NCBI GenBank assembly: GCA_902525615.1
Contig: CABZHT010000002.1
Span: 10,519 to 74,518, forward strand
Direction: 5' to 3'
Origin: an uncultured Fidelibacterota bacterium
GTDB lineage: Bacteria; Fidelibacterota; Marinisomatia; Marinisomatales; Marinisomataceae
DNA: 64,000 nt
This document shows positions 48,617 to 59,913 of the stretch, piece after piece. The notes under the pieces are model-generated. The model saw only the letters and a list, made by a program, of their open reading frames with translations. It ran no database searches and had not been told where the DNA came from. The position numbers and the translations under genes were made by a program. Position 1 is the first letter of the stretch, and each line of letters opens with the position of its first letter.

Positions 48617-49996
48617 ATGTCAATCAAATCAAAAGCTTTGATTAGAGCAGAAAAACTTCTTCCTGGAAACCAGGATTTTACATCTATTACAGAGGATATT
48701 GCTGGTGTACCTGAACAGAAAAAAACACCAATTCAATGGTGGTTATTATTTGGATTTTCACTTTCGCTTTTATCTATTTTTGTTGGAAGCGTTGGATTTC
48801 TAATTTGGGAAGGTACTGGAATATGGGGTATTAATAATCCTGTTTTTTGGGGTTGGGCTATCATCAATTTTGTTTGGTGGGTTGGTATAGGTCATGCTGG
48901 TACATTGATATCCGCAATCTTACATTTGTTCAGACAGAACTGGAGAAATGCAATTAACAGGTTTGCAGAAACCATGACTTTGTTTGCTGTTATTTGTGCA
49001 CTAGTTTTTCCTGGAATTCACGTTGGTAGAATATGGGTTGCATATTGGTTCTTACCACTTCCAAACCAAATGGGAATGTGGCCTAACATGCGCAGTCCAT
49101 TGATTTGGGACTTCTTTGCTGTATTTACATATTTTACTGTTTCTTTACTTTTTTGGTACACAGGCTTAATACCTGATTTAGCAACATTAAGAGATAGAGC
49201 AAAAGGTTTAAAAAAGAAAGTTTACGGATTTTTTGCTCTTGGATGGAGAGGTGGAAATCGTCAATGGCAACACTATGAGCTTGCCTATTTAGTGCTTGCT
49301 GGTATTTCAACTCCTCTAGTTTTATCTGTGCACAGTGTTGTTAGCTCTGACTTTGCAACAAGTGTAATTCCTGGTTGGCACACAACAATTTTTCCACCTT
49401 ATTTTGTAGCTGGAGCAATTTATTCTGGCTTTGGGATGGTTATGACCCTTTCAATCATTGCAAGAAAAGTCTATAACTTAGGACATATTATCACTGTTGA
49501 GCACTTAGACAAGATGGCTCAGATTATGTTATTAACAGGCTGTATGGTTGGTTATGCCTATTCCATGGAGTTCTTTGTTGCTTGGTATAGTGGAAATCCA
49601 TACGAATCCTTTGCATTTGTTAACAGAGCTTTAGGTCCATATTGGTGGGGTTATTGGGCAATGATATTTTGTAATGTTGTAGTACCTCAATTCTTTTGGT
49701 TTGAAAAATACAGAAGACACATTCCATTTTTATTTATTACCTCTATTCTTGTGAATATTGGAATGTGGTTCGAAAGATTTGTTATTGTTGTTATCACACT
49801 CCATAGAGATTTTATGCCTGGAGCATGGGCAATGTATAATCCAACAATGTGGGATGTTGCTATTTACTTGGGAACGTTCGGATTGTTTTTTACAGGATTT
49901 TTATTATTCCTAAGATTTTTACCAATGGTTTCAATTGCAGAAGCAAAATTAGTTTTACCTGAGTCGGATCCACATCATGGAGATAGTCATGAGTAA
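48617..49996 (+). CDS. actC: ACIII NrfD-family quinol-oxidising subunit
   Basis: [24 protein letters not shown] and LSVHS. Confidence 0.93.
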   Translation: MSIKSKALIRAEKLLPGNQDFTSITEDIAGVPEQKKTPIQWWLLFGFSLSLLSIFVGSVGFLIWEGTGIWGINNPVFWGWAIINFVWWVGIGHAGTLISAILHLFRQNWRNAINRFAETMTLFAVICALVFPGIHVGRIWVAYWFLPLPNQMGMWPNMRSPLIWDFFAVFTYFTVSLLFWYTGLIPDLATLRDRAKGLKKKVYGFFALGWRGGNRQWQHYELAYLVLAGISTPLVLSVHSVVSSDFATSVIPGWHTTIFPPYFVAGAIYSGFGMVMTLSIIARKVYNLGHIITVEHLDKMAQIMLLTGCMVGYAYSMEFFVAWYSGNPYESFAFVNRALGPYWWGYWAMIFCNVVVPQFFWFEKYRRHIPFLFITSILVNIGMWFERFVIVVITLHRDFMPGAWAMYNPTMWDVAIYLGTFGLFFTGFLLFLRFLPMVSIAEAKLVLPESDPHHGDSHE

Positions 49997-50522
49997 ATAT
50001 GGTGTAATAGCAAAGTTTGACAATCCTCAATCATTGGTGCATGCTGCAGAAAAAGTAAGAGATGAAGGTTTTACTAAATTTGATTGTCATTCACCATTTC
50101 CAATTCATGGCATGGATGATGCCATGGGTTTAAAACGTTCAAAGCTTGGTTATGTTATTGGAGCAATGGGTTTAACTGGAGCATTATTTGGTTTTGGGCT
50201 ACAAACTTGGATTCATTCTATTGAATATCCAATGAACATTAGTGGTAAGCCATATTTTGCATATCCTGCGTATGCTATTATTACTTTTGAGTTAATGGTT
50301 TTATTTAGTGCTTTTGGTGCAGTATTTGGAATGATGTTCTTTAATCGTATTCCAAGATTCCATCACCCTGTTTTTTATTCTGAAAAATTTTCTGATGTCA
50401 GCAGTGATGCATTTTATGTAAGCATTGAAATTGATGATCCTAAGTATGATGAAAGTGGTGTAATCGATTTTTTAAAAAATATTGGTGGAACTGAAATAGA
50501 GGTATTGACAGATGAGAATTAA
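49989..50522 (+). CDS. actD: ACIII ActD (DUF3341)
   Basis: [16 protein letters not shown] and ITFE. Confidence 0.9.
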   Translation: MSKYGVIAKFDNPQSLVHAAEKVRDEGFTKFDCHSPFPIHGMDDAMGLKRSKLGYVIGAMGLTGALFGFGLQTWIHSIEYPMNISGKPYFAYPAYAIITFELMVLFSAFGAVFGMMFFNRIPRFHHPVFYSEKFSDVSSDAFYVSIEIDDPKYDESGVIDFLKNIGGTEIEVLTDEN

Positions 50523-51120
50523 TATTATTTTATTTTGTTTACTATTTCTGACCGGATGTTTCAGAGGTTCAAAGTTTGAAAATACTCCAATACATTTAAA
50601 TCCAAATATGGATAATCAACAGAAATATCGTTCTTTGGAAGAAAGTAATTTTTTTACTGATGGATCAACCATGAGAAAGCCTATTGAAGGAACTGTAGCA
50701 AGAGGAATGATTTCTGAGAATCATTCATTTATTAGTGGTAAAAATGATGACGGCACATTTATAATTTCTAACCCACTTGAATTGTCTGCTGAAGTTCTTG
50801 ATAGAGGGCAGGAAAGGTATAACATTTATTGTAGTGTTTGCCACTCACAGGTTGGTAACGGAAAAGGTATTGTGACTCAATATGATTATCCAGTAATTCC
50901 AGCAAATTTACATGATCAACGCATCAGAGAGCAAGCCGATGGAGAGATGTATAATACTATAGTTTATGGTCTACGAAGTATGCCTGCTTACGGTTATCAG
51001 ATAGATACTGAAGATGTTTGGTCGATCGTTCATTATGTAAGAGCGCTTCAAAGAAGTCAAAATGCTACTTTTGAAGATTTGCCACAAGAAGAGCAAAATA
51101 AGTTAGGTGACAATTCATGA
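50512..51120 (+). CDS. actE: ACIII monoheme cytochrome c lipoprotein
   Basis: LTGC lipobox, NMDNQ, CSVCH and MPAY. Confidence 0.9.
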   Translation: MRINIILFCLLFLTGCFRGSKFENTPIHLNPNMDNQQKYRSLEESNFFTDGSTMRKPIEGTVARGMISENHSFISGKNDDGTFIISNPLELSAEVLDRGQERYNIYCSVCHSQVGNGKGIVTQYDYPVIPANLHDQRIREQADGEMYNTIVYGLRSMPAYGYQIDTEDVWSIVHYVRALQRSQNATFEDLPQEEQNKLGDNS

Positions 51121-52322
51121 TGAATCTTGATCCAAAGAACTATTCTTATGTTTCAAAAAAATCAAATAATTTGATTCTAATTGCAGTTGGTTACATTGCA
51201 ATACTTTTAACTTGGTTTTTTGGCTCATCAGATAAGGTATTTTACTTCTCATACTTAACTTCATATTTTTATTGGTTGAGTATCATTTTAGGTGGAATGT
51301 TCTTTATTATGGTGCATTATGCTTTTTCAGCAACTTGGAGTGTGTCTATAAGAAGAATCATGGAAAATACAATTATGTTAATACCGTTATTCACTCTACC
51401 ATTTATTCCAATTATTTTTGGCATGGAAAAGTTATTTAAATGGCTTCCCAATCACTACTATTGGAAAACTCATGATTTTGAGGCTGATTATTTAATTCAA
51501 CACAAATTAGCATATTTAAATGAAGACTCATTTATTTTCAGAGCATTCCTATATTTTGCTTTATGGAATATTATAGCACTATTTATATACTTTAATTCTA
51601 TGAAACATGATAAAAGCGGTGATATAAAAATTTTGGAGAGACTAAGATATTTTTGTATGAGTCCAATGGGCGTCTTTTTCTTTATTAGTCTTACATTTGC
51701 AGGATTGGATTGGCAAATGAGTCTTGATCCGCACTGGTATTCAACTATGTATGGTGTTTACACATTTGCAGGAGCTTTCTTAGCATTCTTAGCTTTCTTA
51801 ACATTTACCATAATTAGATTACAAGATCAGGGATATTTAAAAGATATAGTATCTATTGAACACTTTCATGATTTAGGAAAGTACTTATTTGCTTTTACTG
51901 TATTCTATTGCTATATAGCTGGCGCACAATTTTATTTCATTTGGTACAGCAATATTCCAGAGGAAACCATATGGTATCTCCACAGATGGGTTGGCTCTTG
52001 GAAAGCTATAAGTGTATTATTAATTGTAGGGAAATTTTTCATTCCATTTTTCATTTTAATTTTTAGAGGTTCGAAAAGAAATATTAGGTTATTACAAGTT
52101 ATGACCATTTGGGTTTTATTTATGCATTATATAGATATTAATTTTATCATAATGCCTACTGTACATAAACAAGATTTTTATTTTGGTATTTACGATTTGA
52201 TTACAATGTTAAGTTTTGCATTAATTTTCATTGGGGGTTTTAAATACATAACCTCAAGATCAAATCTTGTACCATTAAATGACACAGAGCTTGTACATTC
52301 AATTAATCACAGGAATCATTAA
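51117..52322 (+). CDS. actF: ACIII ActF membrane subunit
   Basis: DWQMSLDPHWYST, HFHDLGK and WYSNIPEE. Confidence 0.9.
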   Translation: MMNLDPKNYSYVSKKSNNLILIAVGYIAILLTWFFGSSDKVFYFSYLTSYFYWLSIILGGMFFIMVHYAFSATWSVSIRRIMENTIMLIPLFTLPFIPIIFGMEKLFKWLPNHYYWKTHDFEADYLIQHKLAYLNEDSFIFRAFLYFALWNIIALFIYFNSMKHDKSGDIKILERLRYFCMSPMGVFFFISLTFAGLDWQMSLDPHWYSTMYGVYTFAGAFLAFLAFLTFTIIRLQDQGYLKDIVSIEHFHDLGKYLFAFTVFYCYIAGAQFYFIWYSNIPEETIWYLHRWVGSWKAISVLLIVGKFFIPFFILIFRGSKRNIRLLQVMTIWVLFMHYIDINFIIMPTVHKQDFYFGIYDLITMLSFALIFIGGFKYITSRSNLVPLNDTELVHSINHRNH

Positions 52323-52324
52323 TC

Positions 52325-52624
52325 ATGGATCATAATTCAGGGTACGAAAAAAAAGATATTCCAGTAAGACCAGTACTAATAGGGGGAGTTATATTTATTC
52401 TAACTGTTCTAGGTACCATTTACATGCTTTATGAATACTATATTCGAGTTCTTGATAGCACTACTTATGAATTTAAATTAAGTAAGCGTTCAACTAACTT
52501 AGAAGAGCTGAATAAATTTGAGCAAGAAAATCTTAATAGCTATAAAGCTAAAGATGGTGAAGAAAACAGTTACCAAATTCCTATTGAAAGATCAAAGGAA
52601 ATCCTTCTGAATGAAAAGAAATAG
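52325..52624 (+). CDS. Small ACIII-associated membrane protein (ActG-like)
   Basis: GYEKKD, one TM, YQIPIERS; positioned between actF and SCO. Confidence 0.65.
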   Translation: MDHNSGYEKKDIPVRPVLIGGVIFILTVLGTIYMLYEYYIRVLDSTTYEFKLSKRSTNLEELNKFEQENLNSYKAKDGEENSYQIPIERSKEILLNEKK

Positions 52625-53435
52625 TATTTTTCTTTCTATTTTTCTTTTACTAACAAGTCTTGCGCATGCCCAAACTTTAAAAAAAGAATTTCCAAGCGAA
52701 CAGCAAATAGATGTTATTGAAAATTTGGGCGATTTTATTCCGCTTGATACAGTGTTTATCGATGAGAGCGGTAGCGAGGTAGAGCTATCAACTTTTTTTA
52801 ATAAGGAGATCCCAACAGTCTTAACATTAAATTATTTTGAATGTCCAATGTTATGCACTCTTGTTCTTAATGGTCTTGCTGAATCATTAAAAAATTTAAC
52901 TTTGAATGCTGGCGATGAATTTCAGGTTATAACTATTGATATTAACCCAAATGAAAAAACCTTATTTGCAAATCAAAAAAAGAAAAATTACATCAAGGGA
53001 TTTGGATTAAAAAATATTAAAGATGACTGGCATTTTCTTACTGGAACAGAAGAAAATATAAAAAAAGTTGCAGATAGTATTGGTTATATATATTATTATG
53101 ATGCACAGAGAGATGAATATATGCATCCAGCTGCCATAACATTACTAAGTTCTGAAGGAAAAATTTCCCGATATCTATATGGAATTGAATATCCAGTTAA
53201 GGATTTAAAATTGGGAATTTTAGAAGCATCAGAGGGCAAAATTGGTAGTACTTTAGATAAGATTATTTTGTATTGTTATCATTATGATCCATACAAAAAT
53301 ACTTATACAATTTTTGCTACCAATATTATGCGTTTAGGAGGTATATTTACTATCCTTTTTCTATGCATTATGCTAGTAAGTTATTGGAAAAAAGATAAAA
53401 ACTTATTTGATAAGGACAGTTTGAATGTTAGATAG
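52611..53435 (+). CDS. SCO family copper chaperone
   Basis: YFECPMLC, HPA and YCYHYDP. Confidence 0.9.
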   Translation: MKRNSIFLSIFLLLTSLAHAQTLKKEFPSEQQIDVIENLGDFIPLDTVFIDESGSEVELSTFFNKEIPTVLTLNYFECPMLCTLVLNGLAESLKNLTLNAGDEFQVITIDINPNEKTLFANQKKKNYIKGFGLKNIKDDWHFLTGTEENIKKVADSIGYIYYYDAQRDEYMHPAAITLLSSEGKISRYLYGIEYPVKDLKLGILEASEGKIGSTLDKIILYCYHYDPYKNTYTIFATNIMRLGGIFTILFLCIMLVSYWKKDKNLFDKDSLNVR

Positions 53436-54399
53436 ATTGACAGAGTTTTTCTTTCCCAAGCAAGTATCAACTTTTGCGAGTGATATTGATAACCTATATT
53501 TTTTCATTTTTTATTCATCAGTAGCACTCTTCGTGATAGTTGTTTTTGGTATGATTTATTTATCAATTAAATACCGTCATCGTAAAGGTGAAGAACTGAA
53601 GTTGACGAGCAGCAAAGATCATAGTAATCTACTTGAGTCTATGTTCTTTATTATACCTTTAATTTTAGTATCCATTACCTTTGTTTGGGGTATACGTTCT
53701 TATCTAAAAATGGTAATTGTTCCAGATGATGCTATTGAGATTAAAGTTACTGGACAAAGTTGGTTTTGGACTTTTGATTATCCAGATGGAGGTACAACCC
53801 TTAATGAGTTAGTTGTTCCATCAAATAAGCCAGTTAAATTAGTTTTATCATCTAAAGATGTTTTACACAGTTTCTTCATTCCTGTAATGAGAAGTAAAAT
53901 GGATTGTTTGCCAAATAGATATAATGTGATGTGGTTTGATGCTACTAAGGAAGGTGTTTACGATATATTTTGTACTGAATATTGTGGAACTGGTCACTCT
54001 CAAATGGGAGCAAAAGTTATAGTTATGCAGCCAGCACAATATGAAGAATGGGCAAGTGAACTTGGTTCTGAAGATGACGATCTTCCATTAGACGAGTTAG
54101 GTGCAAAGCTTTATACAAAGAAAGCATGTAATACTTGTCACACTCTTGATGGCTCTGCTTTAGTTGGACCCTCTTACCTGCAAACCAGTCAAATGTGGGG
54201 ACAGGAAAGAGTTTTTGATGATGGAACTTCCACAGTCATAGATGACAATTATATCAGAAGTTCTATACTAGAACCAATGACACAAATTGTAGCTGGCTAT
54301 CAAGGAGTTATGCCAACCTATCAAGGACTATTAAGCGATAGAGAGCTTGATGCATTGATCGCCTTTTTGAAAACATTGAACGAGGATTCTCAAATTTAA
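53425..54399 (+). CDS. coxB: Cytochrome caa3 oxidase subunit II with fused cytochrome c
   Basis: DVLHSF, CTEYCGTGHSQM (CuA) and CNTCH. Confidence 0.95.
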   Translation: MLDRLTEFFFPKQVSTFASDIDNLYFFIFYSSVALFVIVVFGMIYLSIKYRHRKGEELKLTSSKDHSNLLESMFFIIPLILVSITFVWGIRSYLKMVIVPDDAIEIKVTGQSWFWTFDYPDGGTTLNELVVPSNKPVKLVLSSKDVLHSFFIPVMRSKMDCLPNRYNVMWFDATKEGVYDIFCTEYCGTGHSQMGAKVIVMQPAQYEEWASELGSEDDDLPLDELGAKLYTKKACNTCHTLDGSALVGPSYLQTSQMWGQERVFDDGTSTVIDDNYIRSSILEPMTQIVAGYQGVMPTYQGLLSDRELDALIAFLKTLNEDSQI

Positions 54400-54419
54400 T
54401 TGTAAATTAAGAGGAATTT

Positions 54420-56042
54420 ATGAGTGAAAATACAAAGCAGAATTATTTAAACCATCCAAAAGGAATAATGTCCTGGTTGCTTACATTGGATCATAAGCGA
54501 ATTGGTTTAATGTACTTATTTAGTGGAATCTTATTCTTCTTTTTAGGAGGATTGCTTGCTCTGGTAATGAGATTTGAGCTTGCAGCTCCTGGAAACGATA
54601 TAATTTCAAATGAAGTTTATAACAATGCTTATACTTTGCATGGAGCAATAATGATATTTCTATTTATTATTCCTGCAATTCCTGGAGCATTAGGAAATAT
54701 TTTACTTCCACTTATGGTTGGGGCAAAAGACGTTGCTTTTCCTAGATTAAATTTAGCCAGTTTTTATATTTATTCTTTTGGGGCATTGTTTGCAATGTAT
54801 ACAATCATTAATGGCGGTGTTGATACTGGTTGGACTTTTTACACACCATATTCCACGCAAAGTACATCAAATGTAGTTCCAATGACTTTGGGAATCTTTA
54901 TTATAGGATTCTCATCTATTTTGACTGGTTTAAATTTTATTGCCACTGTTCATAAAATGAGAATACCTGGCCTTACTTGGTATAAGTTGCCTCTGTTTGT
55001 TTGGGCTTTATATGGAACATCCTTAGTACAAATTACTGCCACACCTGTTCTGGCAATTACCATGGTTTTGTTAATGCTTGAAAGATTTTTAGGTATAGGT
55101 ATCTTTGATCCTGCTTTAGGTGGTGATCCAGTTTTATACCAACATTTCTTTTGGTTTTATTCTCATCCAGCAGTTTACATTATGATTCTTCCTGCTTTTG
55201 GTATTATAAGTGAAATTATTCCAGTGCATTCAAGAAAGAAAATTTGGGGATATAAATTCATTGCTTATTCAACTCTATCAATTGCATTTATTGGATTTTT
55301 AGTTTGGGGTCACCATATGTTCACTTCAGGACAATCCGTCTTTTCACAGATTGTTTTTTCTTTCATTACATATTTTGTCGGAATACCAACTGGGGTAAAA
55401 ATCTTTAGTTGGATTTTGACAATGTATAAAGGACAGGTTTCCTTTACTCCTCCAATGTTTTATGCATTAGCATTCTTATTCTTGTTTACAATCGGTGGAT
55501 TAACTGGAATATTTTTAGGAGCAGTTGCATTAGATATTCATTTACATGACACTTATTTTGTTGTTGCTCACTTCCATTATGTAATGCAGGGTGGAACCAT
55601 TGTTGCTTTCCTAGGAGGACTACATCATTGGTGGCCAAAATCTTTTGGAGTAATGTACAATCAAACTATAGCAAATATTGCTGCTTTAGGTGTGTTTATA
55701 GGATTTAATGGAACATTTTTTCCACAATTTTTACTTGGTTTAAGAGGAATGCCTAGAAGATATGCAACTTATGATGAACAGTTTGTTGAATTGCATAGTT
55801 ATTCAACATTTTGGTCAGGCATACTTGGTATTTCAATTTTTATAGCTGTAATGAATTTATTTTGGTCATTTATTAAAAAGAATAAAGTTGATCCAGGTTC
55901 AAATCCATGGGGAGGTATGACACTAGAATGGACACATACTTCATCACCACCTCATCCTCATAATTTTGAAGAAGAGCCGGTATTGCAGCATGGTCCATAT
56001 GATTATGATAAGGTAATTGTTGAGAAAACATATAAGAAATAA
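54420..56042 (+). CDS. coxA: Cytochrome c oxidase subunit I (A2 type)
   Basis: [28 protein letters not shown] and MPRR. Confidence 0.97.
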   Translation: MSENTKQNYLNHPKGIMSWLLTLDHKRIGLMYLFSGILFFFLGGLLALVMRFELAAPGNDIISNEVYNNAYTLHGAIMIFLFIIPAIPGALGNILLPLMVGAKDVAFPRLNLASFYIYSFGALFAMYTIINGGVDTGWTFYTPYSTQSTSNVVPMTLGIFIIGFSSILTGLNFIATVHKMRIPGLTWYKLPLFVWALYGTSLVQITATPVLAITMVLLMLERFLGIGIFDPALGGDPVLYQHFFWFYSHPAVYIMILPAFGIISEIIPVHSRKKIWGYKFIAYSTLSIAFIGFLVWGHHMFTSGQSVFSQIVFSFITYFVGIPTGVKIFSWILTMYKGQVSFTPPMFYALAFLFLFTIGGLTGIFLGAVALDIHLHDTYFVVAHFHYVMQGGTIVAFLGGLHHWWPKSFGVMYNQTIANIAALGVFIGFNGTFFPQFLLGLRGMPRRYATYDEQFVELHSYSTFWSGILGISIFIAVMNLFWSFIKKNKVDPGSNPWGGMTLEWTHTSSPPHPHNFEEEPVLQHGPYDYDKVIVEKTYKK

Positions 56043-56701
56043 TGGGACATCATAATCCAGATTCACCAAGCCATTTAAAGCATTATTTTCATGATGTAAA
56101 TCAGCAGTATGAGACATCTAAATTTGCCATGTGGGCATTTATTTTAACAGAAGTTTTGACATTCGCAGGACTTTTTGTTGCATATATAGTTTATAGATCT
56201 TGGTACCCAGATATGTTCGTTGATGCACATAAATTATTAGATGTTAATAAGGGACTTATGAATACAATTGTGTTAATCACAAGTTCTCTTACTATGGCTT
56301 TAGCAATATGGGCTATTCAAAAAAATAATAAAAAGCTTTCGGTAGTAATGTTAGTGGCAACTTTTATTTTTGCACTGGTTTTTTTGGGCATTAAATACTT
56401 AGAATATACTCATAAGTTTGAAGTAGGACAGTTGCCTGGAGAATTTTATTCTTATATGGGTCCTGATGCGGCGCATTTGAACAACCCTCACATTTTCTTC
56501 AGCATTTATTTCATTATGACTGGTTTGCATGGTTTGCACGTTGCAATTGGAATGGGTTTGATTGCATGGTTAATCTACAGTACTCAGAAAGGAAATTTGA
56601 CCTCAGAATACTATACGCCAATGGAAATGATAGGAATATTTTGGCATTTAGTCGATTTAATTTGGATTTACTTATTCCCACTTTTTTATTTGATTGGATA
56701 A
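56042..56701 (+). CDS. coxC: Cytochrome c oxidase subunit III
   Basis: LTEVLTF, TGLHGLHV and WHLVDLIW. Confidence 0.95.
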   Translation: MGHHNPDSPSHLKHYFHDVNQQYETSKFAMWAFILTEVLTFAGLFVAYIVYRSWYPDMFVDAHKLLDVNKGLMNTIVLITSSLTMALAIWAIQKNNKKLSVVMLVATFIFALVFLGIKYLEYTHKFEVGQLPGEFYSYMGPDAAHLNNPHIFFSIYFIMTGLHGLHVAIGMGLIAWLIYSTQKGNLTSEYYTPMEMIGIFWHLVDLIWIYLFPLFYLIG

Positions 56702-56707
56702 CACGAC

Positions 56708-57127
56708 ATGTCAGAACATCATATAACACCACTAAAAACCTACTTAATTATAGCTGCTTCATTACTATTTTTATCTGGAGTAACTGTTTGGGTTTCTTAT
56801 ATTGATTTAGGGTCATTTAATATAGTTCTTGCTATGTTTGTTGCAACCGTAAAAGCAAGTTTAGTAGCTTTCTTTTTTATGCACTTATTGTGGGATGATA
56901 AAAAAAATCTTACCATGTTTTTAATGTCTTTAATGTTTTTTGGAATCTTTGTTACTATCACCATGTTAGATACTGGATTCAGAGGTGACCTTGGCTTAAA
57001 TCCAGAAACAAAAGACCCAATAAATAAAAGAGCAGCATTTTATGATACTTTACCTCTGACAGATACACACGGCCACCCAGTCGATGAACATTCTGATGAA
57101 CATCACGAGGATAAGGATCATCACTAA
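56708..57127 (+). CDS. coxD: Cytochrome c oxidase subunit IV family
   Basis: KASLVAFFFMHL; His-rich tail. Confidence 0.88.
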   Translation: MSEHHITPLKTYLIIAASLLFLSGVTVWVSYIDLGSFNIVLAMFVATVKASLVAFFFMHLLWDDKKNLTMFLMSLMFFGIFVTITMLDTGFRGDLGLNPETKDPINKRAAFYDTLPLTDTHGHPVDEHSDEHHEDKDHH

Positions 57128-58051
57128 ATGGCAAATAAGCTTTTTTTTAGATCTGCACTTATTTCAACCATCCTATCCTACCTTTTAATTTTTGTTGGAG
57201 GACTTGTTCGTGTATCTGGTTCTGGTCTAGGCTGTCCAGATTGGCCTAAGTGTTTTGGAAGATGGGTTCCTCCAACTAGTATAGAGCAAATTCCTGCACA
57301 TATCGACCCTACCGCTTTTAATATTGTACTTGCATGGATTGAATATGGTAATCGAATGTTGGGCGTAATTGTTGGCTTTTCAATTATTATTATGACAGTT
57401 ATTGCAGTGCTATACTTTAGAAATAATTCTAAAATTTTATATTCTGCTTTATGGTCATTATTTCTAGTTGGAGCTAATGGAGGGTTAGGAGCAATTGTAG
57501 TTTCATCAGTATTAAATCCCTTTATAGTTAGTTTACATATGATACTTGCACTATTTTTAGTTTCTGTATTAAGCTATGGAACTATTGAGTCTTATAAGCT
57601 TATTAATCTCAACAAGTTCTCAAATATTTTATTGTCAAAAAAAATATCCATATCCTTGATTGCACTTTGGGGACTTATTGTTATAGAAATTCTTCTTGGA
57701 ACAGGAATAAGGACTAATATTGAATTAATTGCCATCGATAACCCTCTGTATTCAAAGGGACAGCTTTTGGATGCTTTAAATTCTTATAAGTATTTACATT
57801 CTGTACTTGGATTTTCACTTTTATTTTTAAGTATATATTTATGTTATTTATTTAGAGATGATTTCTTAGGTCTATCGAAACAGCTTATATATTTTATTTT
57901 TGGAATGATATTGTTGCAAATTTTTCTAGGAGAATTAATGATTTTTTTTGAGCTTCCACAGTTAACAAGACTTTTTCATACATGGGGCTCATCTTGGCTT
58001 GTAGGAATAATAATTATATTGTATAATACTCTGCAATATGAGCAGTCTTAA
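57128..58051 (+). CDS. ctaA: Heme A synthase
   Basis: GLGCPDWPKC, EYGNR and conserved His residues. Confidence 0.9.
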   Translation: MANKLFFRSALISTILSYLLIFVGGLVRVSGSGLGCPDWPKCFGRWVPPTSIEQIPAHIDPTAFNIVLAWIEYGNRMLGVIVGFSIIIMTVIAVLYFRNNSKILYSALWSLFLVGANGGLGAIVVSSVLNPFIVSLHMILALFLVSVLSYGTIESYKLINLNKFSNILLSKKISISLIALWGLIVIEILLGTGIRTNIELIAIDNPLYSKGQLLDALNSYKYLHSVLGFSLLFLSIYLCYLFRDDFLGLSKQLIYFIFGMILLQIFLGELMIFFELPQLTRLFHTWGSSWLVGIIIILYNTLQYEQS

Positions 58052-58631
58052 TAAAAAACTTATTTTAGCATTTTTATTTATTTTTATGCTAGGATCTTTC
58101 GGATTCTATATCATTGATAAAGCAACGAAATCCAGAATCGATAATATTGGAATCATCGGAAAAGTTCCGTCATTTTCATTGACAAATTTTGATGGAACAG
58201 TTGTAACTGAAAAACAGTTAAATGATAAAATATCTATCATAAGTTTTATTTTCACTCAATGCGAAGGTGCATGTCCAATAATGTCTGAAAACATATCTAC
58301 TCTTCAAGAAAGATTTGCTTCTTCTGGCGATATCCAATTTTTGTCTATTACAACAGATCCAGATTATGATACATTAGACATATTGAATGAATATTCTTCA
58401 AACTACAGTAATAAAAATAATTGGTTTTTCTTGAGAGGGGATATACTTGATGTAATCGAGTTATCAGAAAAAGGATTTTTTCTTTCAGCAGCACTATTAC
58501 CTGCAGGTCACTCTACGCGATTGGTATTAGTTGATAAAGAATTAAATATTAGAAAATATTACGAAGGTACTGTTGAATCTAATATTTTCGAATTGCAAAG
58601 CGATATTGTAACCTTGCTAAATCAAGGATAG
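58038..58631 (+). CDS. SCO family protein
   Basis: FTQCEGACP, DPDYDT and HSTRLVLVD. Confidence 0.9.
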   Translation: MSSLNKKLILAFLFIFMLGSFGFYIIDKATKSRIDNIGIIGKVPSFSLTNFDGTVVTEKQLNDKISIISFIFTQCEGACPIMSENISTLQERFASSGDIQFLSITTDPDYDTLDILNEYSSNYSNKNNWFFLRGDILDVIELSEKGFFLSAALLPAGHSTRLVLVDKELNIRKYYEGTVESNIFELQSDIVTLLNQG

Positions 58632-58632
58632 T

Positions 58633-59484
58633 ATGTTCAAGAATCTTATCGAACTTACCAAGGTTAGAATTGGTTTTCTTGTACTCACAACAACAATAAT
58701 CGGATTTTATCTTGGTGCTCAAGGTAAAATTGATAATATGTTGCTTTTATTTACAGTAATTGGAACATTACTTTCTTCTACAGGTTCTTCTGTGATGAAT
58801 AATGTAATTGAGTCTGAATCAGACAAGTTAATGGATAGAACAAAAAACAGAGTACTTCCAACAAAAAAAATATCATTGAATTTTGCAAAATTTTTAGGCA
58901 TTTCTTTTATTATTGTAGGTCTATCAATTCTTTACTTTAAAGTAAATTTTTTGACATGCATGTTATCTCTTCTAACAATTATTTTATATTTATTCTTATA
59001 TACTCCTTTAAAAAGAGAATCTTGGCTAAATACATCAGTGGGTGCCATACCTGGGGCTATTCCACCACTGGGAGGCTGGACAGCTGCTACAAATTCTCTT
59101 GAGTGGGGTGGAATTGCAGTTTTTTTAATTTTATTTTTTTGGCAGCACCCACATTTTTATTCCATCGCATATATGTATAAAGAAGATTATAGAAATGCCG
59201 GTTTGCAAATGTTGCCTGTTATTGATAATGGAATTAAAAGGACAGTACTTCATATTTTCTTGCATGCATTAATTTTAATTCCAATTTCCACATTACCATT
59301 TTTTTTGGGAGTTTCAGGAAGAGTATATTTTGTTGGTGCATATATTTTAAGTAACATTTATATGCTTTTTTGTTTGCCATTTATTCTTGAGCAAAATAAA
59401 GATAATGCTCGATTAATTTTTAAGACCTCTATCTACTATTTTCCACTACTTCTATTTCTTATTGTTGCAGATTTAAGAGTCTAA
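58633..59484 (+). CDS. ctaB: Protoheme IX farnesyltransferase (heme O synthase)
   Basis: LTKVR, DKLMDRTKNR, YTPLKR, WQHPHF and DY. Confidence 0.94.
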   Translation: MFKNLIELTKVRIGFLVLTTTIIGFYLGAQGKIDNMLLLFTVIGTLLSSTGSSVMNNVIESESDKLMDRTKNRVLPTKKISLNFAKFLGISFIIVGLSILYFKVNFLTCMLSLLTIILYLFLYTPLKRESWLNTSVGAIPGAIPPLGGWTAATNSLEWGGIAVFLILFFWQHPHFYSIAYMYKEDYRNAGLQMLPVIDNGIKRTVLHIFLHALILIPISTLPFFLGVSGRVYFVGAYILSNIYMLFCLPFILEQNKDNARLIFKTSIYYFPLLLFLIVADLRV

Positions 59485-59913
59485 TTTGTTGATTCTTTTT
59501 TCGTGTCTACCTTCTTCAAAATCAGTTGATAACCAAATTTCAATTACTTTTTCAACTTCTTGATTGCTTACAAACCTTGCACCAATAGATAAAATATTTG
59601 CATTATTATGTAAGCGAGATAATTCAACAATTTCATTTGGGCCATTATAAAATACTGCAGCTCTAATTCCTTTAATTCTGTTTGCAGCCATGGCTTCTCC
59701 TTGTCCAGATCCACCAAAAATTATTCCTATCAATTTATGTTCGGATATATATTTTGCAGCAGGCAAAATAAAGTCAGGATAATCATCAAGTTTATCATAT
59801 TCTAATGCTCCAAAATCTTTTATATCATAACCTTTTTTTATGAGAAATTTTTTTACATGTTCTTTTAATTCAAATCCAGCATGATCTGTAGCAAGTACAA
59901 TTGTTTTATTCAT
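59473..59913 (-). CDS. rpiB: Ribose-5-phosphate isomerase B
   Basis: DHAG, DYP, GGSGQG, RLHNNAN and GRH. Confidence 0.93.
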   Translation of the reverse strand: MNKTIVLATDHAGFELKEHVKKFLIKKGYDIKDFGALEYDKLDDYPDFILPAAKYISEHKLIGIIFGGSGQGEAMAANRIKGIRAAVFYNGPNEIVELSRLHNNANILSIGARFVSNQEVEKVIEIWLSTDFEEGRHEKRINKLDS

